A DNA stretch of 64,000 bases from Mobula hypostoma (taxonomy: Eukaryota). The stretch spans positions 30,568,001-30,632,000 of the forward strand of contig NC_086097.1 of the NCBI RefSeq assembly GCF_963921235.1. The letters are read 5' to 3'. Under the pieces are notes generated by a model. That model did not search any database. It was given only the letters and a program-made list of their open reading frames with translations, and had not been told where the DNA came from. Position numbers and translations under genes: made by a program. Every line of letters begins with the position of its first letter. Positions within the stretch are counted from its first letter, which is position 1. Below, one piece after another: positions 1 to 14,015 of this stretch.

Positions 1-510
1 CTTTTTGACCCCTGGCATACCATCCTTTTAACCCAACTCTTTCCTCCTACATAGTTCTCCATTTTTCTATCATTCATGAGCCCAAGAGTCTCTTAAATGT
101 TCCTAAAGTATCTGCCCCTACCACAGCCCCTGGAAGTGTGTTCCATGCACCCAACACTGTATATTAAAAAAAGTCCTCTGACATCCCAATACGGTCCTCC
201 AATCATCTTATGATAATGTCCTCTTATATACCCATTTCAGCCCTGGGAGAAAGTATCATTTGGCTATCTTCTCTTATATTCTTGTACACCTCTGCCAAGT
301 CACCTTTCATCCTTCTTCATTCCAAAGAGAAAAACCCCATCTTGCTTAATCTATCCTCATAAGACATGCTCTCTAACAGACAGCAATTATGGTAAACATC
401 CTTTGCACCCACTCTAAAACTTTCATACCCTTCCTATAATAAGGTGACCAGAAGTGAACACAATACTCTAATTATAGTCCAACCAGGGTTTTATAGAGCT
501 GTAACATTAC
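1..510 (-). mobile_element. CR1-type LINE 3' fragment
   Basis: Reverse complement aligns by eye with the CR1 ORF2 C-terminus and 3' UTR at 50040-50610. Confidence 0.75.
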
Positions 511-2094
511 CTGGCTTTTGCCCAAAAGGCACCAGTGATCTTTGAAACATTTTAAGAGGAAGAAAGGGTCTTGGGTCAAGTCTATGGAATGGGGGTTTAG
601 CCCACAGCTGTCGGATCTAGAGGGAGTATTGTACAAGACTAGTCTACAAGATGTCTCTTATACACTTGTACAATAGCTAATACAATGGCTAATACAAGAG
701 GGCATAATTTTAAGGTGGTTGTTGAAAAGTATGGGGCAATGTCAGAGGTAGAGTTTTTTTTATATATAGGATAATGAAAACATAGAACACTGACAGGGAT
801 GATGGTAGAGACAGATACATTAGAGGCATTTAAGAAACTCCTAGGCAAATGGATGAAAGAGAAATGGGGAGAAAGGATTAGATTGATCTTAGAGTAGGTT
901 AATAGGTCAGCACAACATCATGGGCTGAAGGGACTATGTTCTATGACTACACTGCTGAACCAAAGTGTTGTCATTGGACGTAAACAGTGGGCAAGCTGAC
1001 CAGACCGAACAGCCAGACTGGGCAGCAAGATTAGTTTCTCCCTTCCACCAATCAGGTAATAATAAAAGAATAATTTGGACCTTTGCAGTAATGTCCACCC
1101 AAGTTAAAATCAGTCAATGTCAATTGACATGCCAGCACTTAGAAGTGGTGTTGGGTATGGTCTCCAATACATCAGGCTCAAAGGCTCCAATGTTCTTCCA
1201 AATATTATCTCATCCTTTATATATAAAAAAAATCAACTGTCACATGTACATCAAAACATATGGTGAAATGCACTGCTTCCATTGGTGATGTGCTGGGGAT
1301 AGCTACAAGTCTCACCATGCTTCCAGCGCCAACATAGCAAGCCACAATTTATTGACACTAACCCATACATGGTTGGTGCAAGGAAACCAGAGGAAACACA
1401 TGTGGTCAAGGGGAAAACGATGTCATGTGCCTGTGAAACGGCTGCAAGTCAGTTTTCCATTTCACCTGTGTGTACATGTAATTGTCCCAATGACAAACCA
1501 AGATTCAGATTTATCACATATGCATTGAAACACAGTACAGTGAAAGGCGTTGTTTGCATTACCAACACAATCCAAGGATGTGCTGGGGGCAGTTGGCATG
1601 TGTCACCACACATTCCAACAACACTTTGATCTCTCAACCTACATTACCAATGGAATATTCAAGCTTGTCACTTGTAGAAGCTTGTTGCTGGATTTCCAAC
1701 TCAAGAGTTAAACTTCCAAATGCACGCATTTGGCTTTAGATCATCAAGGTTATAGAACATGCAACAGATCTGCATGTTGCAACTGATAAATAATTTTACA
1801 TGTGGCAATTATTAATCGTGATACATGAGGCACTAATAGATATATTAAGAGCTTTGGAAACATCCAAGGCTTTTATTCCTCATTCTCAAGGGACAGGATG
1901 AGAAGGGAGAAAGAAATTCTGCAATTACCTTTAGAAATTAACTCCTGCGATATAGGAGTTTCTGGCAATGAGAGTTAGCCTTACCCATTCCAAATAATTC
2001 AGTATAATGATAAACCACCTTGAACTTCCACAGCTGGTATAAAGGCAGTCCACACAGCTGCTTAGTCAGAAGTTCTTGGAACTGAACCTTAGCC

Positions 2095-2992
2095 TAATTT
2101 CAGGTTGGCTGCCAGTGACAGGTGGTGTTCAGATCACTTCTTTTCAGGTTATTTGTTAGTAATCTGGATGATGGAACTGAGGGCTTTGTGGTCAAGTCTG
2201 TGGACGATACAAAGTTAGGTGGAAGGGCAGGCAGCACTGAGGAAGCAGGGAGCCTGCAGAAGGACTTGGACAGATTAGAAGAATGGGCCAAGTGGCAGTT
2301 GGAAGTGTATAGTCATGCACTTTCATAGAAAGAATAAAGGAATAGACAACAGGAAGCAAATTCAGAAACTGTAAGTGCAAAGGGATCTTAGAGGTCCCTA
2401 GAAGTTAACTAGCAGGTTGATACAGTAGTAAGGAAGGCAAATGCAATATTCATCTTTACTTAAAGAGGACTACAATTTAAAATTCTTGTGTTGTCATCAA
2501 AGAGTCCAGAGGAGGTTCACAAGGATGATTCTGGAAATGAAGGGGTTAACATACGAGGTGTATTCGGCAGCTCTGGGCCTATACTCACTGGAACTTTGAA
2601 AGAATGCGGGGGGAGGGGGAGATCTCATTGAAGCTTACCGAATGTTGAAAGGTCTAGTTAAGATGGATGTGGAGCAGATGTTTCCTATGGTGGAGGTATC
2701 TAGAACTAGAGGGTACAGTCCCAAAATTGAGGAGCGGCCTTTTAGAACAGAGGTAAGGAGGAAACTTTTCAGCCAGAGAGTTGTGAATCTGTGGAATCCC
2801 CTGCCACAGAATGCAGTGAAGGCAAAGGCCAAGTCTGTGGGTATATTTAAAGCTTCCTGATTTGTGAGGGCATCAAAAGATATGGCAAGGCGGCAGAGGT
2901 TGAATGGGATCCGGGATCAGCCATGATTGAATGGTGGAGCAGACTCAAATGGGCTGAATGGCCCAATTCTGCTCCAATGTCTTATGGTCTTA
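2095..2992 (+). mobile_element. CR1-type LINE fragment (RT C-terminal part and 3' UTR), decayed
   Basis: ORF pieces VVKSVDDTKLGG...LQKDLDRLEEWAKWQ and RTRGYSPKI...FRTEVRRKLFSQRVVNLWNPLPQ; ends in a tcttatggtctt tail. Confidence 0.85.
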
Positions 2993-3412
2993 AAAGCAAT
3001 GATGTAATGCTGGGGCTTGAAAGGCCACTGGTCAGACCACTTTTGGAGCATTGTGAACAGTTTTGGGCCCATTACCCAAGAAATGTGCTGGCTTTGGAGA
3101 TTTAAGAAAATGATGCTAGGAATGAAAGGGTTAACATATGAGGTGTGTTGATGGCTCTAGGTCTATAGTTGCTGGAGCTTAGAAAAATGAGGAGGAGCTT
3201 ATCAAAACCTACCAAATATTTAAAGGCTAAGATAGAATGGATGTATAGAGGATGTTTCAAATAGTGGTGAGTCTCGGGCCAAAGAGTACAACCTTAGAAT
3301 AGGTGGATGTCCCTTTAGAATAGAGATGAGGAGGAATGTTTTTTCACCACAGGATGATAAATCGGTGAAATTCTTTGCACAGACGGCCGTGGATACCAAG
3401 TCATTGGGTATA

Positions 3413-4329
3413 CAGTTGGCCCTCCTTATCCACGAGGGATTGGTTCCGGGACGCCTCACGGATACCAAAGAACGTGGATGCTCAAGTCCCTTATTCAACC
3501 TGTCTCACTACGGTGGACCTTATTTAACCTGTTTTAGTGCGGTGGGCATTAGGACCCGGCAGCGGAGCTCTGAATCCGCAGTGTTTCTGTTCACAAAAAT
3601 AATCATGATCGCAATTTAAAATAAAATGGAAATAATAAAGCGATCAGAAAGAGGTGAAACGCCATCGGTCATTGGAAAAGCATTAGGCAACAGTCCGTCA
3701 ACAATCCGAACAATTTTAAAGGATAAAATGAGAAAGGCCCTGCCCAGTTAAAGCTAGAATTATTACTAAGCAACGCAGTGGTTTAATTATTGGGTTTTGG
3801 GTTTTTGATCCTTCACATCAACCCAGCAGGGATGAAGTGCGCACTCGGGAGCGATCTGTCACTGGATCAAACTCGGGAACGATCTGTCACTGGTTCGAAC
3901 TCGGGAACTTCCATTCCCGAGTCTGGCGCTGAAACATACGTTTCTTAAGTATTTTATATGCATAGAAAGTATATAGTATATATTTTACCTAAGACAAACA
4001 TTTGACTAACTGACGCTAAATAATACCGGATGTACCTGTTCCGACTTACTTAGTAAGAGAACTTCCGTTTTCTTTCGATCCCAATCCACGATAACCTACG
4101 CAACATCCTCCTGTATACTTTAAATCATCTCTAGATTACTTATAATACCTAATACAATGTAAATGCTATGTAAATAGTTGTTATATCGCATTGTTTAGGG
4201 AATAATGACAAGAAAAAAAAATCTGTACAGGCTTGAACAGCAAGTGCTGGATGAGCACTTCCGGGTTTTCTCAATTCGCAGTTGGTTGAATTCGCGCAAG
4301 CGGAACTCGCGGCTAAGGAAGGCCAACTG
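3413..4329 (+). mobile_element. TcMar-Tigger non-autonomous element (MER2-like) with transposase HTH remnant
   Basis: TA target duplications at 3411-3412 and 4330-4331. TIRs CAGTTGGCCCTCCTTATCC / GGCTAAGGAAGGCCAACTG. 3626-3727 encodes MEIIKRSERGETPSVIGKALGNSPSTIRTILKDK (pogo/Tigger N-terminal HTH). It splits a CR1 3' end. Confidence 0.9.
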
Positions 4330-4841
4330 TACTTAGAGGTCAATAGGCATTTGATTCATAAGGGCATCAAAGGTTACAGGAAGAAGGCTGAAGACTGGGG
4401 TTGTGAGGGAAAAATAAATCAGCCATGATCAAATGATGGAGCAGACTTGATGGGCCGAACCAGGGTGACATAAAACAAGGAGGGGAATTTCTGTAATGTA
4501 GTGGCTCTCTTCCTCTTGCCCATATTTTTTCAGATCCTGTGAAGGACTATTTGCCCAAGCAGTCTTGGTGAGTGGTTGTGGTGATCCAGTCAATACCACA
4601 TGATTCAAGGCTTGGGTTGCAGTTAGTCATAATTTTGTTGTATTTGGGTTAGGGTGAGAAATTGGACAGCTAGATACATTTCCAGGGCAGAAATAGCTCA
4701 TATGAGGGGGCATGATTTTAAGGTGATTTAGACGAATGTTTAGGGGTATGTCAAAGGCAGTTTTTTTTTACAAAAAAGTGCTGGGTGAGTGGAAAGGTAG
4801 GAGTGAAAGGTTAGACTGATCTTAGAATAGGTTAAAAGGTT

Positions 4842-5256
4842 GGCCACTGAATGTATGTTCGTGGTCTTCTGCTGCTGTAGCCCACCCACCAAGGTTCGAT
4901 GTGTTGTGCATTTAGAGATGCTCTTCTGCACAGCAATGGTTATTTCAGTTAGTTGTTTTCCTGTCAACTAGAACCAGTCTGGCCATTCACCTCTGACCTT
5001 TCTCATTACAAGGTACTTCCCGCCCACAGAACAGCAGTTCACTGGATCCCAGATCAATCCTGTCTGGGCACCAACTACCAATCGACAGTCAGTCATATTT
5101 CTTCACAAGTCTGATGTTTGGTCTGAACAACAACTGAACCTCTTAACTATGTCTGTATCCCTTCATGCATTGAGTTGCTGCCACGTGATTAGTTGATTAG
5201 ATATTGGCATTAACAAGTAGGTGTGCAGGTATATCTAATAAATTGGTCATTGAGTG
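4842..5256 (-). mobile_element. Tc1-family transposon fragment
   Basis: Minus-strand peptide QLTEIT..VQKSISKCTTHRTL resembles Tc1 transposase. The terminus resembles a CACTCA..GGCCACTTTATTAGGTACACC-type TIR. A related small piece lies near 36840-36930. Confidence 0.65.
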
Positions 5257-6339
5257 TGGGTCCGAGGTGACCAAATATCATATCCAAGTTAGCTGACAAT
5301 ACAAAATTAGGTAGGATTGTGAATAGGAAAAGACAAGTAGAGGCTTCAAGGGGATATAGATAAGCTGAATGAGGAGGAAAGAACATTGCAGACAGAATTG
5401 ATTTTAGAATATCATTGTCACCTATACTGGTTTACAGTGAAAAGTTCTTTCTTTGTGTGCCATCCAGACAGATCACATCATACCATACACAAAGTAGTAA
5501 AAAGAAAACAATAAAGTAGTGCAGCCAGACAAAGCACAAGGTTCATGATGAGGTGAATCGGGAAATCAAGAGTTCATCTTTCAGCAGTTCAAGTACAGAA
5601 GCGAGTGTATAGATGCTGGAAATCCAGAGAAATAAACAAAAAAAATCCAGAACGAACTCAGCAAATCAGGCAGTGGAATAAACAGTCAACATTTCGAGCT
5701 GAGACCCTTGATCAGATCTGTTCAAGTTTCTGATAACAGCAGAACAGAAGCTGTTCTTAAGCCTGGTAGGAAAATTAACATCCTACTTTGGGGCACAAAA
5801 TAGAAAAGCAATATTTCTTCAAATAGCGAGAGATCGTTAAATGCTGATGTTTAAAAGGAACCCAGATGCCCTTGGATGCAAGTCACTGAAATGCAGCAAA
5901 CAGTTAGAATGTTGGTGTTTCATGTAGAAGGATTGGAGTACAGAGTAAATACTGCAATTACATACAGGGCCTGGATGAGAGTGCACCTGGTGTATTGTAC
6001 AGTTTTACTGTTTCTTACAATAAAAAGGATACACTTACTATCAATAGACAGCAGTGAGAATTCATTAGACTGGCTCCTGGGATGGCAGGTATGTCATACA
6101 AGGCGACGTTGAGTTTTCAATCTCTGTATTCTCCAGAAATTAGAAGATCTCATTGAAGCTTACAAAAATTCTCACAAGACTCAGCAAAGGGGAAGCAGGG
6201 AGGATGGCAGGATGGCATACCTTGGCAAGATCCTCCAAAGCCAGGTAGTACAGAGAAAGAGGGATCAGAACTAGGCAAATTAGGATTATTGATAAGAAAG
6301 CTTTTCACTCAAGGGGGAGCTGATTCTTTGCAATTCTCT

Positions 6340-7006
6340 TTCTTTTTAAATCTTTTTATTGAATAAGTATACAAAAAGGTAAGCCATATAAACATTAATA
6401 CAATGTTAAAATATAATAAAATTACAGAAGGTATCAATACCAAAAAAGAATACTACAAACAATGTAATTTAAACATAAGAAACCAAGATAACATAATAGT
6501 ATACTAAATTTTATATATATATATATCAATAGAAAAAAAGAAAAAAAAACCCACCGTGCAACTAACTAAAAGCAAAGCAAAGCAAAGCAATGGGCTAACT
6601 TGAAACCAAACAGAGTTAAACTTAAAATCACGTCCTCAATCCCGACCTCCATTAAAAACAGTGAAGAAAAAACAAGGGTATATATTACATTAAATGAAAA
6701 TATCGAATAAAAGATCCCCAAGTCTGTTCAAATTTAAATGAAGAATCATAAAGGTTACTTCTAATTTTCTCCAGATTCAAACATAATATCGTCTGAGAGA
6801 ACCAAAAAAAGGTAGTTGGAGCATTAAGCTCTTTCCAATGTTGTAAAATACATCTTTTCGCCATTAAAGTAAGAAATGCAATCATTCTACGGGCTGAAGG
6901 GGAAAGATTACTAGAAATTTTAGGTAGTCCAAAGATAGCAGTAATAGGGTGAGGAGAGATATCTATATTTAATACCTTAGAAATAATATTAAAAATGTCT
7001 CTCCAA
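6340..7006 (-). mobile_element. Young 5'-truncated fish-type L1 (ORF2 C-terminus and 3' UTR), copy 1
   Basis: Open frame WRDIFNIISKVL...AKRCILQHWK...LNLEKIR...WGSFIRYF; AATAAA and A-rich tail; 17-bp TSD attctttgcaattctct at 6323-6339 and 7007-7023. Confidence 0.9.
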
Positions 7007-7654
7007 ATTCTTTGCAATTCTCTACCCTGAAAAGTTGTGGAGACCAAGTTATTGAGCTCATTCTATAGGAACACCCCATCAACTCTCCCTTCAGCCTATG
7101 ATGCTTTAGAGAACCCAATGACTAACATGAGGAGCCATAATTTTAAAATGATTGGAGGAAAGTTTGGGGAGGGGAGAGAAGGGATGTCAAAGTTGTGTTT
7201 TTTTATATAAATACATTTTAGAACATGCTGCCAGAGGTGATGGTAGAGGCAGATACAATTGAGGCATATAAGAAACTCAGACAGGTACATGGGTGACAGT
7301 AACAATGGAGGGCTATGTTGGAGGGTTGGGTTAGATTGTATTTAGAATTAGTTAAAAACTCAGCTCAACATGATGTGCTGAAGAGCCTGCACTGTGCTGT
7401 ACTGTTCTACGTTCTAGAGCTCGATGGTTTCTAGATTAAGGAAAATAAGGGAGGAGGGATAGTGCAGGAAAATAGTGCCAGTGATCTTGATGAACAGAGA
7501 AAGAGGTTCCAAAGGTCAAATGTTTAACTCATTTGCTGAATTCTTACATTTGTGTTTGTGTCCTTTTTTAAAATCTATGCAGGGTAGCAATGATGTATTT
7601 AAGAGGATCAATCATTATCCAAACAAGGATTAGAGGCATCATGGGCAATGAGTG

Positions 7655-7990
7655 GGCAGCACAGCACAGTGATTAGCACAATCACTTTATAGCACCAGCG
7701 ATCACCGATTGGGGTTCATTTCCCGCCACTGTGAGGAGTTTGTACTGCGGCCGCACGGGTTGCTTCCGGGTGTTCTGGTATCCTTCCACATTTATATGGT
7801 TATGTTGCAAAAACATACGGGTTAGGATAAGTAAGTTTTGGACAGGCTACGTGGGTGCTGGAAGCATGGCAAAAACTTGCAGCCTGCTCCCAGTACATCT
7901 TCTGACTGTGTGGTTGTCGACACAAACAAGGCATTTCACTGTAAATTTCGATGCGCAAGTCACAAATAAAGCTAATCTTTAAAGCTAATC
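7655..7990 (+). mobile_element. V-SINE (tRNA-like head, V domain, Rex/Babar-like tail)
   Basis: Core gaggagtttgtac...gggttgcttccgggtgttctggt...ccaca and tail catttcactgta...acaaataaagctaatcttt. Many further copies occur in the window. Confidence 0.7.
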
Positions 7991-10826
7991 CTTTAAAATT
8001 ATCTGCCATGGCTTTCCAGTTTAATTCACTCAGTCATATACAAAAACAATTAAATTAAATTCAGTGAAACAATCTGCCTAAGGAACTTAAACAGGACAAG
8101 CAGCATCGGTGGGAGAAGAAACTGTCAATGTTTCAAGTCAAAACCATGCATCAATAATTAAATTCACTGCAGAGATTTCAAGTGATGGACAAACATTTGG
8201 TGGGGTGTAAGGAGAACTCCTTCCCCCAACACAATTAGCAATGACAATTTGCTACTCTGCTTACAAGAGTGAAGCAAACCGTAAAACACAAGAAAACAGA
8301 AGTAGGCCAGTAAGCCCATCGAGCCTAGCTTGCCATTCAAAACAATACGAAGACAAGAAGCAACATGATAGAGGTAGACAAGATTATGAGGGGGATAAAT
8401 TGAGTGGACAACCAGCAACATTTTGCCAGGGCACAAATAGCTAAAATGTTTTGGATGAGTGGAGAAAAGTTTAGAGGAGATGTCAGATAGTTCTCACCGC
8501 AACCCCCCCCCCCCCAAAAACACAAAGATAGTGGCAAGTGCCTCGAATGCACTGCCAACAATGGTGGTAGAGCCATTAGGGGCATTTAGGGCACCTGAAT
8601 GAAAGAAAAATCAAGAGCAAGAGGCTATGTAGAAGGAAAGTGTTACATTGATCTGAGAGTAGGTTAAAAGGTCGGTACAATATCGAAGGGTGAAAGGTCC
8701 CATAATATTATGTGATTTATCTTCTTTTCTGTGATTCATGGCTGATCAGCCCCAGGATTCAACCCTGCTACCTGTGCCAGTAACCCATAGCTCACTTTTA
8801 AAACGTTATACTTCCATGATCTAGCCTCCTGGGAAATAGAGTTTCAGGGATTCAACACCATCCACCCCCCATCAAGGAGCATTTCCTTGACTTCTTAGTT
8901 TAAAACAATCACCCCTCCCCCTTCCCTAATAATATAGCTCCTCATTTGATGGTCTCCCACGAGTTGCTCACAGGGCTATCAAAAAGAAACGACAGAAATG
9001 TAAACAGCAAGTAACTTTCCATGCCAAAGAGAATAGGACCAACAAGCAATGTTATACAAAATTTATGAGGGGTGCAGATGAGGCAAATACAGCAGATTGA
9101 GATAGACTAGAACTAAAGGTCACAGGTTAAGGGTGAAATCAGAAACGCTTAAGGGGAATTTTTTCACTAAGGTAATGCAAGTGTGGAATGAGCTGTCAGT
9201 GAAGTGATGGATGTGAGATTGATTTCAATATTAGAGCAAAGTTTGGGCAAGTACATGGATGGGAGGATTATGGAGGACTGTAATCCAGGTATGGGTCAAT
9301 AGGACTAGGGAGAATACAGTCTGACATGGACTAGATGGGCCAAACGGCCCATTTCTGTGCTGTAGTGCTATATATCTACGTCCATTTTGCAGAGGCAGTA
9401 GACTCAAAACAAGCCAAAAAGCTTTCTCCTGTATCATTACAATTCTGCCATTTGTTTATTTTTGATACAAATCAGCCAGGTATAAAACTCCATGGAGCAT
9501 TGTGTTCCTTCCAGTCACCCTCCCAACTGAACTCCTTGACTCGTATCCCACTGCACTAATACATGTAGATAGCGAGTCTGTGCATGAACAGCAAACATAA
9601 AAGCACAAACAATGAAACATGAACAAAGAACCAAGAACATTTCTGCCCTGCTATGTGCACAAATTTTTCTTCAAGAAAATCCCACTGCGAGTATCCTAAA
9701 GCTACAATAGTCTAGCACGTTAAAAACTTAACACTTAAATGTTGCCGGAAGAGTGGGATGCAGCATACAAGACACACAACTACAATATTCCCAGAGAACT
9801 GTGGAATTGTGCAGAACCAAAGTAAGACATGGAATATCGAACAGTACAGCACAGGAACAGGCCCTTTGGCCTCATCAGCGCCAACTGAATTAATCCCATT
9901 GCCACAGACGGCTGTTGAAGCCAGGTCATTGTGTATACTTGAAGTGGAGGTTGATAAGTTCTTGATTAGTAAGGACATTAAAGGTTACGGGGAGAAGGCA
10001 GAAGGATGGGGTTGAGAAGGATAATAAATTGAATGATAGCAATTGATGATCAAATGCCAGAGCACACTCGATGGGCCAAATGGCCTAATTCTGCTCCTGT
10101 CTTATGGCGTTCAATTCCTGCCGCTGTCTGTGGGAGTTAGTACATTCTCTGTGACCATGTGGATTTCTTCTGGATGCTCTGGTTTCTTCACACTTTCCAA
10201 AGATGTATGGTTAGGGTTTGTCAGTTGTGGGCATGCTATGTTGACATCAGAAGCACATTGAGACTTGCAGGAAGCACAAGCAGCATAATACTTGCTGATT
10301 TAATTTGACACAAATGATACATTTCACCAAGTTTCAATGTAGATTTGACAAATAAAACTAATCTCCCTCTTTAAATTATGAAAAGGTCAGTTGGACCGGT
10401 ACATTGGTTAGAAAGGTTTAGAATATTATAGTCCAAACACCAGCAAATGGGACAAGCCTGTATGGGGCATTTTGGTCACTATGGACCAGTTTCCGAGATG
10501 TACAACTCTAATGCTACCCAATCTCTTGAATACTTCTATAATTTTGTTTTTAATACAGATTTCTAACATTGGCAGATTTTTGCTTTTCAAAAGCTGTCCA
10601 TGTTGCTTTACCTATAGTCAGCCCAGTACAAACATTCAAATTTGCAGCAAATTCTACTTGGGAATGCTCCAATGGAGCACCTGGAATGTGTTCTAAATAC
10701 AAGTGCAAGGAAAACTGATGATTCAGTCATCACAATATCACTGTCTTCACAAAAACTAGCTGCTACTTAACAGTGTCCACATTTCAACAGTAGAAAAAGA
10801 TTATGAGACATATAAAACTATACATA

Positions 10827-12694
10827 CACTGCTTATAAAAAGTATTCCCCCACACCCCCCCCCAAGCCCAGGTTTCATGTTTCATTGTTTTACAACACTG
10901 AATCACAGTGGATTTAATTTGACTTTTGGTTTGGTCACTGATCAACAGAAAAAGACTCTTTAGTGTCAAAGTGAAAACAGATCTCCACATAGTGATCTAA
11001 ATTAATTACAAATAAAAACACAAAATAATTGATTGCACAAGTATTCACCCGTTCAAGTAAGACACAACAAATCATCACTGGTGCAGCCAATTGGTCTTAG
11101 AAGTCAAAATTAGCTAAATGGAGAACACCTGTGTGCTCCATTATTAAGGACCCCCAGCACACAGGGCATGTCCTTTTCTCACTGTTACCATCAGGTAGGA
11201 GGTACAGAAGCCTGAAGGCACACACTCAGTGATTCAGGAACAGCTTTTTCCCCTCTGCCATCCGATTCCTAAATGGACATTGAACCCATGAACACTACCT
11301 AACTTTTTAAAAAATACACATTCCTATTTCTGCACAATTTTAATCATATATAATAATTTCTTTATCTTTCTTCTATGTTATACACTGCATTGAGCTACTG
11401 CTGCTCAGTTAACAAATTTCACGACACATGCCAATGATAATAAACCTGATTCTGATTCTACAGTCAGGGTGTTTCAATTGATTGTAGTAAAAATACACCT
11501 GTATCTGGAAGGTCCAACTGCAGGCGAGTCAGTATCCTGGCAAAAACCACACCATGAAGACAAAAATACACTTCAAGCAATTCCTCAAGAAGGCTATTGA
11601 AAAGCACAAGTCAGAAGGAGATGGATACAAGAAAATTTCCAAGTCATTGACCATTACTTGGAGTACAGCTAAGTCAATCAAGAAACAGAAAGAATATGGC
11701 ACAGCTGTATATCTGCCTAGAGCAGGCTGTCCTTAAAAACTGAGTGACCGTGCAAGAAGTGAGCGAGACCACCAAGAGACCTATGATAACTCTGGAGGAG
11801 TTACAAGCTTCAGTGGCTGACAGGGGAGAGACTGCACAAACAACCACTGTTGCCCAGGTGCTTCACCAGTCCCAGCTTTATGGGAGAGTGGCAAAGAGAT
11901 AGCCACTTTTGGAGAGGGGGTGGAGAGAGAAGGAGAACACATGAAATCTCAGCTGGAGTTTGCCAGAAGGCATGTGGGAGACTCTGAAGTCAGCTGGAAG
12001 GTGGTTCTATTGTCTGATGAAACCAAAATTGAGCTTTTTTAAGACACTACGTTCATTGTTTGGCTTGTGCCAAACATAGCATCTTCAAAACCACACCACC
12101 CCTACCATACAGCATGGTGGTGCTGCATGCTTCACTGCAGCAGACCCTGGAAGACCTGGGAGGGTAGAGGGTAAAGTGATTGCAGCAAAATACAGGGAAA
12201 TTCTGGAGGAAAAACCTGATGCACTCTGCAAGAGAACTGGAATTTGAGAGAAGATTTGTTTTCCAGCAAGACCTCAATCCAATACAGAATTTGTGGCTGG
12301 ACTTGAAAAGGGCTGCTCACTCACGATCCCCATGCAATCTGACAGAGCTTGAGCAGTTCTGTAAAGAAGAATAGGAAAAAATTGCAGTGTCTAGATGTGT
12401 AAAGCTAATAGAGACCTATCCATACAGACTCAAAACTGTAACTGCTGCCAAAGGTGCATCTACTAAATACTGACTCAAAAGGGCGAGTAATTATGCAATC
12501 AATTATTTTATGTTTAATAATAGTAACAAATTTAGATCACTTTGCAGAGATCTGTTTTCACTTTGACATGAAAGAGTCTTTACTGTCGATCAGTGTCAAA
12601 AAATCCGAATTAAATCCACTGTGATTCAATGTTGTAAAACAATAAAACCTGAAAACTGCAAGGGGAAAGGGGTGAATACTTCTTATAGGCACTG
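10827..12694 (+). mobile_element. Tc1 transposon with long TIRs and a disrupted transposase
   Basis: TA flanks. TIRs of about 220 bp begin CACTGCTTATAAAAAGTATTC and end GAATACTTCTTATAGGCACTG. Transposase pieces MKTK...GDGYKKISKSL...STAKSIKK, VLLSDETKIELF and FVFQQDLNPIQNLWLDLKRA, with stops and deletions. Confidence 0.92.
11137..11459 (+). mobile_element. Rex1/Babar LINE 3' end inserted in the Tc1 element
   Basis: Encodes SIIKDPQHTGHVLFSLLPSGRRYRSLKAHTQ*FRNSFFPSAIRFLNG; (GATTCT)n tail; interrupts the Tc1 5' region. Confidence 0.75.
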
Positions 12695-12699
12695 TAGAA

Positions 12700-13110
12700 A
12701 CATGAAACAGAGTAAAATACATTGTTTGCGTCAACGATCAACAGTCCAAGGATGTGCTAGGGGCACAGAGACTTCAAAGTTGAGCTTTATCTTAAAAGTT
12801 TTGTTTTATTTGTCCAATATGCTTTGAGAAACTGAAATGTGTTGCTTGTGTCAACTACCACAGTTGAGGATACGCTGGGGGCAGCTTGCAATGCTGTCAT
12901 ACTTCTGGTTCCAATACAGTAGACCCACAATTTACCAACCTTAACCAGTATGTCTTTAGAATGTGGGAGGAAACCAGAGCACCCAGCGGAAACCCATGCA
13001 GTCACGGGAGAATGTACAAATTCCTTACAAACAGCGGGGAATTGAAAGCCAATCAGTAAACGCTGACGCTATAAAGCAATTCCAATAACTGCTAAACTGC
13101 TGTGCTGCCA
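12700..13110 (-). mobile_element. V-SINE
   Basis: Reverse V-domain gtgggaggaaaccagagcacccagcggaaacccatgcagtcacgggagaatgtacaaattccttac. Confidence 0.7.
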
Positions 13111-13115
13111 ACTAA

Positions 13116-14015
13116 GGCTACGTCCACACTAGACCAAATAAATCGGTAACCGAAGTTTTTTCTCTTCGTTTTGACCCTCCGTCCACACTGAAACTGCGTT
13201 TTCCTCCCCTGAAAATGGAGATTTTCTAAAACACCCTCCAGAGTGTATAAATTTGAAAACGCTGATTGTGCAGAGCAGTGTGGACAGGGTAAACGGATAT
13301 CTTTAAAAACGCTGTCATGATGTGTCGGAACCGATAGTGGCGGCAGCGCGGCATTTCATTGTTTTCTTGAACGCAACCCCCCACACAATCTAACAATTTC
13401 AGAACAGACGGCAACGAGACTGAAGCCAGAGTTAGAAATGTACTCTCCAGATACTTTGACCCATAGCTTACTGAATAAATAAGTATACTCACTTTGCCCT
13501 GTTTTCTGTCCTTGCTTGTATGAAGGTGCTTTACCTATTTATGTAAGTACTTCTCTAACAATAGATGTGTAACAGCCTAATGTAACATTGTATGGAAATA
13601 CAAGATAACACTGATGCAGACATATTTTATACATTTAACAAGGTGCTTTATTAATGCAACAGAATTTTTCAACGTTCGTCGTCAGTCGGGTCATACTGTC
13701 CGTGAACTCCCTGTCAATTGCCTCCATACGTTCCAGTATTTTTTGTTTTTAAGTTTTAAGTCCTCCTGCATGAGAGCCAACAGCAATTCCTTTGAAGTTA
13801 TTCCAATCTGTAACTGGACAAACACGCACCAAGTATACTGCTTCCTCTTCGCTTGTTTTCTGTGTGTCCTGCGCATGCCCAGTAGGAGGAGATTCGCCCA
13901 AATATACGTTCTAAAGTGGACGCAGATATTTTTGAAAAACGCCTGGTGTGGATGCCTATCATTTTTACGTGAAATCGGCGTTTTCAAAATTATCCGGTCT
14001 AGTGTGGACGTAGCC
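13116..14015. mobile_element. PIF/Harbinger non-autonomous DNA transposon (900 bp)
   Basis: Perfect 20-bp TIR GGCTACGTCCACACTAGACC at both ends; TAA target duplication at 13113-13115 and 14016-14018; CpG-rich interior suggests a young insertion. Confidence 0.9.
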
